64,000 bases of DNA, from contig OZ242383.1 in NCBI GenBank assembly GCA_965209155.1, positions 4,000,001-4,064,000 of the forward strand, read 5' to 3'. Made by a program: the position numbers and the translations under genes. Source of the DNA: a bacterium (lineage in GTDB: Bacteria; SAR324; NAC60-12). Below the pieces are notes generated by a model. That model was not told the DNA's origin. It worked only from the letters and a program-made list of their open reading frames with translations, and ran no database searches. Below, in pieces: positions 19,703 through 29,199 of this stretch (within the stretch, counting starts at the first letter, position 1; each line of letters begins with the position of its first letter).

Positions 19703-20389
19703 ATGTCCGAAGACAGACAGTCGATCGTCGTAGAAGAATACTTGCAGGAGATTTACCTCCTGCAGTCCACCAATGAGCCAGTCAAAGCAGTCATGCTGGC
19801 AACCCGCTTGCAAGCCACGCCATCTACCGTTCATGCTACCTTATCTCGTATGCAGCGCGACAACTTGGTACTAGTCGATAAAAAGAAAAATATTTCCCTC
19901 ACCGTCGAAGGAGAAGAACAAGCCAAAGATCTTGTAATCCGTCATAACCTGGCAGAGAATTTTCTATGCCATTCTCTCGGAATTCCTTGGTACGAAGTAC
20001 ACAAACACGCTCATAAATTGGAACATGCCATGACTCCCTTGGTAGTGGAAAAATTGGCCGATTTTCTGAAACATCCTGAATTTTGTCCCCATGGAGTACC
20101 TCTGGGAGGCTACGATGAAAATTTTTTTAAAGACAGTTTTTCTCTGGACGAAGGAAGGGCAGGAATGTGGGTCAAAATTCTGATGATCCACGAATCACTG
20201 GAAGAATCAGAAGAGTTACTCAAATACTTGCATGAGAAATCAGTAACCCCTGGAACTAAACACAAGATATCAGAAAAACTGGAGGCGACTCATACCCTCA
20301 TCCTCGAATCAAAAAATGGCTTAGCCAGCATCCCCTTTGATATCGCCCAAAAAATTCAAGTTGTCCAAAGTGGAAAAACGACCCATTGA
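19703..20389 (+). CDS. DtxR/MntR-family metal-dependent repressor with a FeoA-like C-terminal domain
   Basis: EEYLQEIY, PSTV..TL.RM, RHNLAENFL, HKLEHAM, FCPHGVP. Confidence 0.92.
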   Translation: MSEDRQSIVVEEYLQEIYLLQSTNEPVKAVMLATRLQATPSTVHATLSRMQRDNLVLVDKKKNISLTVEGEEQAKDLVIRHNLAENFLCHSLGIPWYEVHKHAHKLEHAMTPLVVEKLADFLKHPEFCPHGVPLGGYDENFFKDSFSLDEGRAGMWVKILMIHESLEESEELLKYLHEKSVTPGTKHKISEKLEATHTLILESKNGLASIPFDIAQKIQVVQSGKTTH

Positions 20390-20455
20390 TCCTTTCCGTT
20401 AAACCGGAGGGTAACAAACCCATCGAGCCAATCACCGTCCGATACTTATTGCCTC

Positions 20456-21061
20456 TCAACGAGCCATGAATTCCACAATTAGCTGGTCATCTACCAGGAT
20501 GGGAATCGTTGTCCGCTCTGGAACCTGAATTAAGGTCGCTTTCAAAGACTCCGTATCTTTTTCGATGTAAGGGAGTTTGTGATCATAAAATTTGAACCAC
20601 TCGACATAGCGATCAATTTTTTCACTCTTGGGTCTCAATTTAATGGTGTCTCCTGGTCTCAAGTGGTAGCTGGGTTTGTTGACATTCTTACCGTTGACGA
20701 GGAGATGACGGTGTATTACTATTTGTCGTGCGGCCCGCAAGCTACAGGCAAATCCCATGCGATAGGTCATATTGTCAAAACGGCTTTCCAAGCATTGAAC
20801 CAATGCGATATTGGTTTGCTCTTGTGAGGAGGCAGCTTCCTTGAAATAACGACGTAATTGTTTCGCCGAGACTCCATAATATGCTCTCAGCTTTTGCGTT
20901 TCTTTTAACTGCAGACCATATTGTGAGTCCTTTTGCCGCCTCATCGCTCCGTGTTGGCCTGGAGGTGCAGGTCGACGTCCCAGTGGGCAATTGACCGCGC
21001 CGCAAACGGAAACTCCAAGTCGACGACAAGCACGGTGACGAGGGATCGATTTTCGTGACAT
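20456..21061 (-). CDS. rpsD: 30S ribosomal protein S4
   Basis: PPGQHG, SQYGLQLKETQKLR..YG, LESRFDN, AARQIV.HRH, NKPSY. Confidence 0.95.
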   Translation of the reverse strand: MSRKSIPRHRACRRLGVSVCGAVNCPLGRRPAPPGQHGAMRRQKDSQYGLQLKETQKLRAYYGVSAKQLRRYFKEAASSQEQTNIALVQCLESRFDNMTYRMGFACSLRAARQIVIHRHLLVNGKNVNKPSYHLRPGDTIKLRPKSEKIDRYVEWFKFYDHKLPYIEKDTESLKATLIQVPERTTIPILVDDQLIVEFMAR

Positions 21062-21683
21062 TTTTATTTCCTTTCAGATGACATCTATCAGGTTATCGGG
21101 GTACTGGTTCAATTGCTGATTTTCATTTCAAAACTGTTTCGCTGTGAAAGAATATGAGATATCGGATACACCTCCACAACTCCTTATGTACTCTAATCGA
21201 CTCAAGAGTGACAAACTAATTTACCGCTTCGCATAGACTCCGAACTACCGTAAGAATTCAGATTTTTATTTTACGCATTAGCCTGGGCATTCTGTTCAAA
21301 GTCTGAGCGAAGACGTCTCCCTACTGAATAATCTTTTAAATTGAAGTACTGGAAAGATTAACTTTTTAATATATTTATTTAGAAACAAACAGTCAACTTA
21401 ATTTGAAAACGCAACGATAGAAATTGCTGTTTTCAACGGAAGCAAAGTAATTTTTACACTTGTTTTTGTTACCAATAAATACTAGTGTGATTTTTAAGTT
21501 ATAAAAAATCTATATTTTAATCCTTGATTTACTATAATTGTCATTTTCGGCTGGATTCGGAATCGAGGTGCGTGATAACACGAGGTCTCCGGATTCTGGG
21601 TTAAATCCAGTGTGATGAGACATAGAAATTAACAATCTTCTATATTAACAGAGGAAAAAACACTCGGCTAAATATCCTCAATT

Positions 21684-21784
21684 GATCTCCGATCCATCAA
21701 AACCTACAGTAAATACCAGGGTTCGATGGACGATAGGGTTTGCGGGGAAACCTGCAGGCCTCCCGTGTTTGGAAAGGAGACATC
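21684..21784 (+). promoter_or_regulatory. Moco/Tuco RNA motif (riboswitch) in the moaA leader, apparently lacking P3
   Basis: TCTCC...GGAGA closing stem, TCCATC/GATGGA stem, GGGTTTGCGGGGAAACCTGCAGGCCT stem, and the hallmark GCCTCCCGTGTTTGGAAAGGAG overlapping the RBS. Confidence 0.85.
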
Positions 21785-21786
21785 TT

Positions 21787-22752
21787 GTGATCGATCGTTA
21801 CGGTAGAAATATCAACAAACTACGCGTTTCCGTTGGCGAAGCCTGCAACTATTCCTGCATATATTGCGTGGAAGAAATTGGAGGACATCAAATCTCCCAT
21901 CGCCCATTATCACTTCCGGAAATGCTCACCCTGATTGGCTTCCTGAAAACCTATACCGGAATCGAAAAAATCCGTATAACTGGAGGGGAACCGCTTCTCT
22001 ATCGAAAGCTTCCGGAGCTGATCCAGGGGATAGTCTCCTTGGGGATCTCCAATATCGGCATCACCAGCAATGGTCATTTTTTCCAAAGACGCGCGTTTTT
22101 ACTAAAGAGAGCAGGCTTACAAAGTGCCAATATCAGTCTGGATTCGGTCAATCCCGAGAATTTCAAGCGGCTGGCCCGGGCGGGAAACTTGCAAAAGGTG
22201 TTGGATGGCATTGAATGCGCTTTGGCCTCTGGATTGAAATTGAAGATAAATGTCGTGGTCATGCGCGGGAAGAACGACCACGAACTCAACGATATTTTGT
22301 CCTATGCTTTTCCTCGCGGTATCGAGGTGCGTTTTCTCGAGTTGATGCAAATGGGACCGCTTTATCAAAATGGAAACAAGACTTCAAAAAAACCGGATCT
22401 ATTTGTCTCTATGCAAGAAATGCTCGAGCGTATCGGAAAACGTTATTCATATCATCAATGCAGTGCGGAGCAGGATTCCACCGCGCTGCGTTTTCAGACT
22501 GCGGAAGGTTCCTTTGGAATCATTGCCAACGAAAGTGCCCCTTTTTGCGCAACTTGTTCCCGTATGCGTTTGACGTCAACTGGAAATTTAGTGGGATGCT
22601 TGAGCAATCCCGAGGAATTTTCCATTCGGCATTTATTGGATGAGAAGGATGTGCCAGAAAAGCTCAAAGCTATCTTCACCCGGGCTATGGAGCAAAAACG
22701 AGCAACCACTTTCACCGGATCTTCTCTAATGATGTCCTCGATTGGTGGATAA
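21787..22752 (+). CDS. moaA: GTP 3',8-cyclase (radical SAM)
   Basis: IDRYGR..LRVSV, CNYSCIYC, RITGGEP, CATCSRMR...C, C-terminal IGG; GTG start after GGAAAGGAG. Confidence 0.95.
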   Translation: MIDRYGRNINKLRVSVGEACNYSCIYCVEEIGGHQISHRPLSLPEMLTLIGFLKTYTGIEKIRITGGEPLLYRKLPELIQGIVSLGISNIGITSNGHFFQRRAFLLKRAGLQSANISLDSVNPENFKRLARAGNLQKVLDGIECALASGLKLKINVVVMRGKNDHELNDILSYAFPRGIEVRFLELMQMGPLYQNGNKTSKKPDLFVSMQEMLERIGKRYSYHQCSAEQDSTALRFQTAEGSFGIIANESAPFCATCSRMRLTSTGNLVGCLSNPEEFSIRHLLDEKDVPEKLKAIFTRAMEQKRATTFTGSSLMMSSIGG

Positions 22753-23040
22753 ACTGCAATAAATCTCCGGGAGATCGGAACCCGCTTTTCCTCCACTGAC
22801 TGGTGGAATGAGAAAATATTCATTACCGGCTTTCAAAATTGCCTTTTTATCGACATATTCATCCTGGTGCCCCACGCGGGTGTAGGGAAGTATATCTGCC
22901 ACTGCAGGAAAATCCTTTGCTAACAGTGAAACGAGTTGTTCGGCTGTGGTCCCTTCTTCGATCTCATATTGCATGGGATTTTGCGGAAAAGCGTCTTTTA
23001 TGACTGCGTATGCAAATAAAGTAATTTTCAATGTTTTCAT
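22726..23040 (-). CDS. moaD: MoaD/ThiS sulfur carrier, antisense to the operon, with 20 residues after the GG motif
   Basis: ITLFAYA...EYV...LKAGNE..LIPPVSGG followed by KAGSDL... Confidence 0.8.
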   Translation of the reverse strand: MKTLKITLFAYAVIKDAFPQNPMQYEIEEGTTAEQLVSLLAKDFPAVADILPYTRVGHQDEYVDKKAILKAGNEYFLIPPVSGGKAGSDLPEIYCSLSTNRGHH

Positions 23041-24185
23041 CTCTTCCGTTGCTTGCTGTTTCGGGTTTTTCAGGTTCAGGAAAGACTTCATTTATTGAAA
23101 AATTCATACTTGCGTTGAAACGACGCGGCTATTTTCCTGGTTACATCAAGCATGCCGCCGGAAAATACAGGCTCGATGCTCCTGGAAAAGACAGTTCCCG
23201 ACAACTTGACGCAGGTGCATCTTATTCCGTAGTTTTCACCGATGAAAAATGGGCCATGCACCAGTACGGCCCCCTTGATATGACAGCGCTCGACAGCCAT
23301 CCTCAAACTGATGTCTTGATCCTAGAAGGTTTCAAAAGAAGTATCCATCCTAAAGTGATTTGCGTGCATCCGGAAAAATTGGTTTCGCATGAATTGGCAT
23401 GGGAAAATCCTGATGCAGACCGTACTCTCGTGTGGGCTTATCTGACACCTGATGAATGTCTGACAAAAGAAATTAATTCGAAACTTGGGCAATCTTTGGC
23501 CTTCCAGCGAGATGCTATACAACCCATCACAGAGCATTTGCTGACAAAAATGAAACAACACTATCGACAGATTTTTCCACTCAAAGGAGCTGTCATGATC
23601 GGTGGCAAATCCACCCGCATGGGAAAGGATAAAGCCTGGCTGGATTACGGCAAGGGACCTCATGCGATTTATTTGTTTGAGATGCTCTCCAAAGCCTCTA
23701 CCATCAAGGAAGTATTCTATTCGGGAAAGCCTTTGAGCCCTCCTCCACCATCAATCGCTCCGCAAACTATCCTCTGCGATCGATTCCTGAATTTTGGTCC
23801 CCTGGGAGGAATTCTGACTTTATTTGAAAACGATCCAAAAGCCGCATGGCTTATTGTTGCGTGCGATTTAGTGGATTTGCAACCTGAAACGATTGAGTAT
23901 TTGATCCAAAATCGAAATCCTTTAAAATCCGCATCCGTATTTGTTAATGATCAAAACAGATATGAACCTTTGGTATCGATATATGAACCCCATATCGGAC
24001 TGCAATTGAAACGGGCCATGCTTGATGGCAAGCAATCTTTTCAAAAAATACTTCCTCAAATTTCTATCCAAAAATTGCAAGTCCCTTCCAACTTGGAAAC
24101 TCAGTTTCATAATGTCAATTCCGTGGAGGAACGACAAAGGACCTTGCAGCTTCAGAACTCTGAAAAAAAGATTCTCAGAAGGTAG
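23031..24185 (+). CDS. mobB/mobA: MobB-MobA fusion (molybdopterin-guanine dinucleotide biosynthesis)
   Basis: SGFSGSGKT, IKH, D.PGKDS, ILEGFK (MobB); GGKSTRMGKDKA, GPLGGI, VACD, FHNVN (MobA). Confidence 0.88.
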   Translation: MFSSLPLLAVSGFSGSGKTSFIEKFILALKRRGYFPGYIKHAAGKYRLDAPGKDSSRQLDAGASYSVVFTDEKWAMHQYGPLDMTALDSHPQTDVLILEGFKRSIHPKVICVHPEKLVSHELAWENPDADRTLVWAYLTPDECLTKEINSKLGQSLAFQRDAIQPITEHLLTKMKQHYRQIFPLKGAVMIGGKSTRMGKDKAWLDYGKGPHAIYLFEMLSKASTIKEVFYSGKPLSPPPPSIAPQTILCDRFLNFGPLGGILTLFENDPKAAWLIVACDLVDLQPETIEYLIQNRNPLKSASVFVNDQNRYEPLVSIYEPHIGLQLKRAMLDGKQSFQKILPQISIQKLQVPSNLETQFHNVNSVEERQRTLQLQNSEKKILRR

Positions 24186-24190
24186 GCGAG

Positions 24191-25426
24191 ATGTCTGAAA
24201 AGAGGGATATACGGATGAAGGGCTTCCGGAAAAGAATTTCCGTGGAAGCATTCATAGCTTTGATTGACCAGCATACCACTATCAATCCCCCAGAACAGGT
24301 TACACTCACCGGGTGTTATAACAGAGTTTTAGCCGAAACACTCTATGCGCCAATCAACGTTCCAAATTTCAACCGTTCCGCAATGGATGGCTACGCCTTG
24401 AAGGGAGAGGAAACATTCGGCGCAGGAATCTACAATCCCATTCCTTTCAAAGTCATCGGACAAATCACTCCCGGTCACAGCTTCGGGGGAGCAATCCGAA
24501 AAGGAGAATCCCTGCGCATCATGACCGGAGCGCCTCTTCCTGAAGGTGCCGATGCCGTCTTGATGGCTGAGTACGCTGAACAAGTCGGAGAGCAGATGCA
24601 AGCCTTGCAAGCAGTTGCACCGGGAAAGAATGTCGGTGTCATCGGGGAAGACATAAAAAAAGGGGATATATTGATTCCTAAAGGAAGAAGAATCAGACCT
24701 CAAGATGCTGCAGCGTTGGCAGCGGTCGGAATAAAAGAAATTCCCGTCATTCAAAAACCAAGCGTTGATTTGTTGATAACAGGGGATGAACTCCTTAAGC
24801 CAGGTGAGGTTCCGGAAGGAGTTCAAATAGTCGATTCCAATTCAGTCTTGCTCAGACACTGTGTTGAACGTGATGGGGGGGAAGTGCTTTCGATTGAACA
24901 TTTGCCGGATGTCCGTGACGCTATCCACGAAGCGCTCCTTCATTCACAGGCAGATATCATTTGTTTGTCTGGAGGCACTGCAGTTGGAATTGAAGATTTT
25001 GCTCCAGGTCTCGTTGCAGAGTCAGGCGAATTGCTGGCGCATGGTATTTCCATGCGCCCAGCCTCCCCGACAGGGTTGGGAAAATTTGAGAATCGGTTAG
25101 TCTTTTTATTACCGGGAAACCCGGTATCCTGTCTCTCTGCTTATGATTTTTTTGTGGCACGTTCCATCCGGATCTCGGCAGGCAGGCATCCCCAATGGCC
25201 TTATCCTAAAGTAACTCTTCCGTTGGCAACCAATGTATCTTCCCAAACTGGCCGAGTGGATTATGTACGGGTTCGCATCCGGGATAAACGAGCCACGTTG
25301 ATTGCTACCAGTGGAGCGGCCATACTTTCCTCCACAACCAAGGCGGACGGATTTCTGATAGTTCCTGAAGCATCGGAAGGGTATGCGGAAGGGGATCTCG
25401 TGGACATTTGGCTTTATGATGCTTAG
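24191..25426 (+). CDS. moeA: Molybdopterin molybdo/tungsto-transferase MoeA (paralogue 1)
   Basis: SAMDGYA, RIMTGAPLPEGADAV, TGDEL, DSN, SGG, LPGNPVS. Confidence 0.93.
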   Translation: MSEKRDIRMKGFRKRISVEAFIALIDQHTTINPPEQVTLTGCYNRVLAETLYAPINVPNFNRSAMDGYALKGEETFGAGIYNPIPFKVIGQITPGHSFGGAIRKGESLRIMTGAPLPEGADAVLMAEYAEQVGEQMQALQAVAPGKNVGVIGEDIKKGDILIPKGRRIRPQDAAALAAVGIKEIPVIQKPSVDLLITGDELLKPGEVPEGVQIVDSNSVLLRHCVERDGGEVLSIEHLPDVRDAIHEALLHSQADIICLSGGTAVGIEDFAPGLVAESGELLAHGISMRPASPTGLGKFENRLVFLLPGNPVSCLSAYDFFVARSIRISAGRHPQWPYPKVTLPLATNVSSQTGRVDYVRVRIRDKRATLIATSGAAILSSTTKADGFLIVPEASEGYAEGDLVDIWLYDA

Positions 25427-25500
25427 TGTCATATTATCTCAGCAGCGCCGCATGGAATAAAAAGCACTTGAAATCGAGCGCTCTTAGTTGGAAAAGCGTC

Positions 25501-27411
25501 ATGAGACAAAATCAATTTTTGAAACTGGCTACGGCGGAAGAAGCCCGGGATCGATTTTGGCAAGTAATCCGACCCCAACCTGTTGGAGAAGAGCAAATCG
25601 CTTTACAAGATGCCCTATACTGTGTTCTTTCCCGAGATGTAGTCTCCACTATAAATATCCCTTTTTTCGACCGTAGCAATTTTGACGGTTTTGCCGTGCA
25701 GGCAGAAGATACTTTTGGTGCGGAAGAAACCGCTCCTTTGCTACTAAAGCTCAATCCGGAAGTCCTCGCTTGTGGAGTCCGTCCTCAAATAACGGTACAG
25801 CGAGGAACCGCAACTATAATTGCTACAGGAGGCGTATTGCCACGGGGTGCAAATGGAGTGATTATGCTCGAAAAAACATTAGCGGGAAAATACGCAATTC
25901 AGGTACTCAAACCGATCGTACCCGGAGAAGGAGTTCTATTTGCCGGTTCCGATATCGGTGCTCATGAAACTGTCTTACGCAAGGGAGAAAAACTTTCCTC
26001 TCGAGAAACCGGCGTCTTGGCCGCAATTGGAAAAGACCGAGTTTGGGTTTGGAGAAAACCAAAAGTAGGTATAATTTCAACAGGCGATGAAATCATCGCT
26101 CCCGGCGTACCCATGGAAGTTGGAAAAGTTTATGACTCCAATGCCGTCATTCTCACTGATTCCCTGCGCGAAATTGGCTGTCATCCCGTATATTTTGGCA
26201 TTGTTCCCGATAACAAAAAATTGCTTGAGAAAACAATCTACAATGCCCTGGATTTGGACTTCATACTCCTCTCAGGCGGTACATCAAAAGGAGAAAACGA
26301 TCTCAACTATGAAGTGATTGAGCAAATCGGTAATCCTGGCATTCTCGTTCATGGCGTAGCCTTGAAACCTGGAAAACCCTTATGCCTGGCATCTGTCAAT
26401 GGAACCCCGCTCGCTATTTTACCGGGATTTCCCACTTCTGCGATTTTTTCATTCTCCAAATTCATTGCTCCCATTTTGCGAGTGATGGCAGGAGAAGTGG
26501 AAAATCCTGATGTGAGCGTACAGGCTACCATTCCCTTGAAGTTCAATTCGCAAAAAGGAAGAACGGAATTCGACATGGTCAACCTGGTCCAATCCAATGA
26601 AGGCTTCAGTGCATACTCCATGGGAAAAGGGTCCGGATCCGTAACATCCTTTGCCAAAGCAGATGGTTTTATCGAAATTCCTCGTGAAATGGAGATGCTG
26701 GAGGCAGGTACTCGAGTGCGGGTCCATGTCCTGGGGTCCCATGTGAAACCGGCAGATTTGATGATCATCGGCAGTCATTGCATTGGTCTGGATTATATGG
26801 TGGGATTACTTCAGCAACAACAAATTTTTTGTAAATTTATTCCTGTAGGCAGCCAGGGGGGAATTATGGCAGTCAAACGCGGAGAATGTGACATTGCCGG
26901 GTCCCACTTGTTGGATGAAAAAACGAGACGTTATAACCAACACCTCTTGGACGGGAATCAAGAATTGGTCAAAGGATACAAACGCAAACAAGGCATTTTG
27001 TACCGCTTGGATGATTGCCGATTCGACCGTTTAGCGGAAGACTTTGACAGAATTTTGCGAGAAATTTTAAACAATCCCGATGTCCGCCTCATAAACCGAA
27101 ATCGCGGGAGTGGTACTCGCGTTCTTCTTGATCAACTTATGGGGAATCATCGTCCTGCCGGATTTTTTTCAGAAGCCAAATCTCACAATGCTGTGGCCGC
27201 CACAATTGCGCAAGGTCGGGCAGATTGGGGCATGGCGATCGAAACCGTGGGCAAAGATCTCGGTTTGGGGTTTTTTCCCATGCAAGATGAAGAATACGAC
27301 TTTGTTATCTCCAAAACCCATCTGAACAAACCTGCCGTGCGAACCTTTCTGGAAATTCTCGATCGACCAACTACTCAAGAAGCTTTGGCAAAAATGGGTT
27401 TGATCCGCTAA
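25501..27411 (+). CDS. moeA: MoeA paralogue 2 fused to a C-terminal PBP-like (PF12727-type) domain
   Basis: FDRSNFDGFAV, SGGTSKG, KPGKP, LPGFPTSA; C-terminal GSHC, VGSQGG, NRNRGSGTR, EEYDF. Confidence 0.9.
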   Translation: MRQNQFLKLATAEEARDRFWQVIRPQPVGEEQIALQDALYCVLSRDVVSTINIPFFDRSNFDGFAVQAEDTFGAEETAPLLLKLNPEVLACGVRPQITVQRGTATIIATGGVLPRGANGVIMLEKTLAGKYAIQVLKPIVPGEGVLFAGSDIGAHETVLRKGEKLSSRETGVLAAIGKDRVWVWRKPKVGIISTGDEIIAPGVPMEVGKVYDSNAVILTDSLREIGCHPVYFGIVPDNKKLLEKTIYNALDLDFILLSGGTSKGENDLNYEVIEQIGNPGILVHGVALKPGKPLCLASVNGTPLAILPGFPTSAIFSFSKFIAPILRVMAGEVENPDVSVQATIPLKFNSQKGRTEFDMVNLVQSNEGFSAYSMGKGSGSVTSFAKADGFIEIPREMEMLEAGTRVRVHVLGSHVKPADLMIIGSHCIGLDYMVGLLQQQQIFCKFIPVGSQGGIMAVKRGECDIAGSHLLDEKTRRYNQHLLDGNQELVKGYKRKQGILYRLDDCRFDRLAEDFDRILREILNNPDVRLINRNRGSGTRVLLDQLMGNHRPAGFFSEAKSHNAVAATIAQGRADWGMAIETVGKDLGLGFFPMQDEEYDFVISKTHLNKPAVRTFLEILDRPTTQEALAKMGLIR

Positions 27412-27522
27412 AGAAAACAACCACCGTGTTTTTTGTCAAAAACTATGATAAACACGATAATGTGACTGATTTTTCATAGAATCCCGCAACCAAACATCGT
27501 CCTGACAGGCTAAAGAGTAAAA

Positions 27523-27768
27523 ATGTATGAACAATTGACCAATCTGTTACAGAAACGGCCTGCAAGGAAGGAAAAGAAAACAACAGACGGGGAACTGAAA
27601 GATTTGATCCATGACAATGCAAAACTCGTGCGTGGTGAGAAACGCATTGCCTGTTCAATAGCCTTGAAGATTGCGGTAGAGACGCATGTCAGTCCGAAAA
27701 AAGTGAGTCGCATTTGTAGTGAGGAAGGTGTGAAGATCCGTAGTTGCATGTTGGATTGCTTTGAATAA
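27523..27768 (+). CDS. Small conserved Cys-containing protein
   Basis: C..A.KIA....P..V..IC...G.KI.SC.L.CF pattern; lies in the operon just before fdhD. Confidence 0.65.
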   Translation: MYEQLTNLLQKRPARKEKKTTDGELKDLIHDNAKLVRGEKRIACSIALKIAVETHVSPKKVSRICSEEGVKIRSCMLDCFE

Positions 27769-27779
27769 CTTGAGGAAAA

Positions 27780-28694
27780 ATGAAAGAAAAAGTGGAAAAA
27801 GTGATTCCAACAGATGAGCCTTACCATTCGGATGTCGTGGGCGCGATCATGAATCGGCAGGAAGAGGAAGAGGAGGAAGAACCGGAAGAATTGGGACCTT
27901 TTATTGAAATTGAAGTCATAAAAATAAAAAATAATGCAGTCCATACAGGACCCAATCCAGTTGCCACCGAAGTCCCATTGACGATTGAAGCCAACAACAT
28001 CGAAGTGGCTACCATGATGTGCATGCCCTCTCATCTGAAGGAATATACCTATGGCTTTCTTTTTACCTCCGGTTTCATCAATTCTGCCCAAAATGTCCAA
28101 TCTTTTAGTTGTTCTGAAACCCGGTGGAAAGCGAGCCTCAGCTTACATAAAGATCCTGACCTCGAGATGGCAGGGAAACGAGTCTATACTTCAGGTTGTG
28201 GCAAAGGAGTAATGTACTCCAATGCAGTGGCGCTGGCATCTCGACAACCCTTGAGATCCGATTTCAAAGTGAAAAAGGAAGACATTTTCAAATTGGTCAA
28301 GTGGTTGCAAGGCAGTTCCGAGTTATTCCAGGCAACCGGTTGCGTGCACACGGTGGCCTTGAGCGAAAAAGGGCACCTGCCCCGCATCGTCATTGACGAT
28401 GTGGGCCGGCACAATGCGGTAGATAAAGTCATTGGCAAGGCCCTGATGGAAAATCTGGATTTTTCCCAGATGCTCCTTTTGTGCTCAGGCCGAATTTCTT
28501 CCGAAATACTCCTCAAAGCCCGACGATGTGGCATTGCTATTGTCGCCTCGAGAGCCGCTGCAACACATCAGGCAGTCTTGTTGGCAAGAGAAATGCAAAT
28601 GACCATTATCGGTTTCGTAAGAGGAAAAGCATGTACCATCTATTCCCATCCGGAAAGGATCGAACTGGAAGAAGACGTGCGGATAAACGATTGA
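27780..28694 (+). CDS. fdhD: Formate dehydrogenase accessory sulfurtransferase
   Basis: E.PLTI, TSGCG, FQATGCVH, DVGRHNAVDKVIG, SGRISSE, GFVRG; acidic N-terminal extension. Confidence 0.93.
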   Translation: MKEKVEKVIPTDEPYHSDVVGAIMNRQEEEEEEEPEELGPFIEIEVIKIKNNAVHTGPNPVATEVPLTIEANNIEVATMMCMPSHLKEYTYGFLFTSGFINSAQNVQSFSCSETRWKASLSLHKDPDLEMAGKRVYTSGCGKGVMYSNAVALASRQPLRSDFKVKKEDIFKLVKWLQGSSELFQATGCVHTVALSEKGHLPRIVIDDVGRHNAVDKVIGKALMENLDFSQMLLLCSGRISSEILLKARRCGIAIVASRAAATHQAVLLAREMQMTIIGFVRGKACTIYSHPERIELEEDVRIND

Positions 28695-29045
28695 CGATTC
28701 CGCTGAAAACATACAATCCGATTAAATTGATTTCTGAGTGAAATCCGAATTTCCAATTCTGAATTCGGAAGTTGAAGTTAAAAGTGTCAATCTACGGGAT
28801 GGAGTAATTTAACAATGCTGGAAGTTCGGCTTGAATATCTGGGCTGAATGTAACGCATAGCGGGAATGCATCCAATGGTACCCAATTTATCATCTCGACC
28901 ACGGGAAGAGATCTTCAAAATTCCTCATATTCAGAATTCATCCACTTAAAGGGCTACCACTTCACAAACCAATACAAATTAGGATAACAATGCGAATCAG
29001 GAATTGAAATTTAATATATAAAATCAATGATTTAATAATTGTGAT

Positions 29046-29155
29046 GTGTCATGCTGGTCCCGAATCGTCCCGGACCTGATCCGGGACCAGGATGATCCGG
29101 CATCCAAAATATCGCCCGTATCCCCCTGGATTCCTGGTCAAGCCAGGAATGACAC
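29046..29155. repeat. REP/RPE-like nested palindromic element
   Basis: GTGTCAT...ATGACAC outer stem enclosing the hairpins GTCCCGGA/TCCGGGAC and ATTCCTGG/CCAGGAAT. Confidence 0.7.
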
Positions 29156-29199
29156 GTTTTTTAACTCCTGATTTACGTTTCACAAGAAAGGAGAATGGT

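Noticed and set aside
21682..21786. N-terminal extension of MoaA
   Set aside because: It corresponds to the riboswitch; the RBS supports GTG 21787.
22751..23061. Invertible moaD segment bounded by AAACTGCAA / TTGCTGTTT
   Set aside because: Only an imperfect 9-bp match, no recombinase nearby, and the present MobB N-terminus (PLLAVSG) already looks native.
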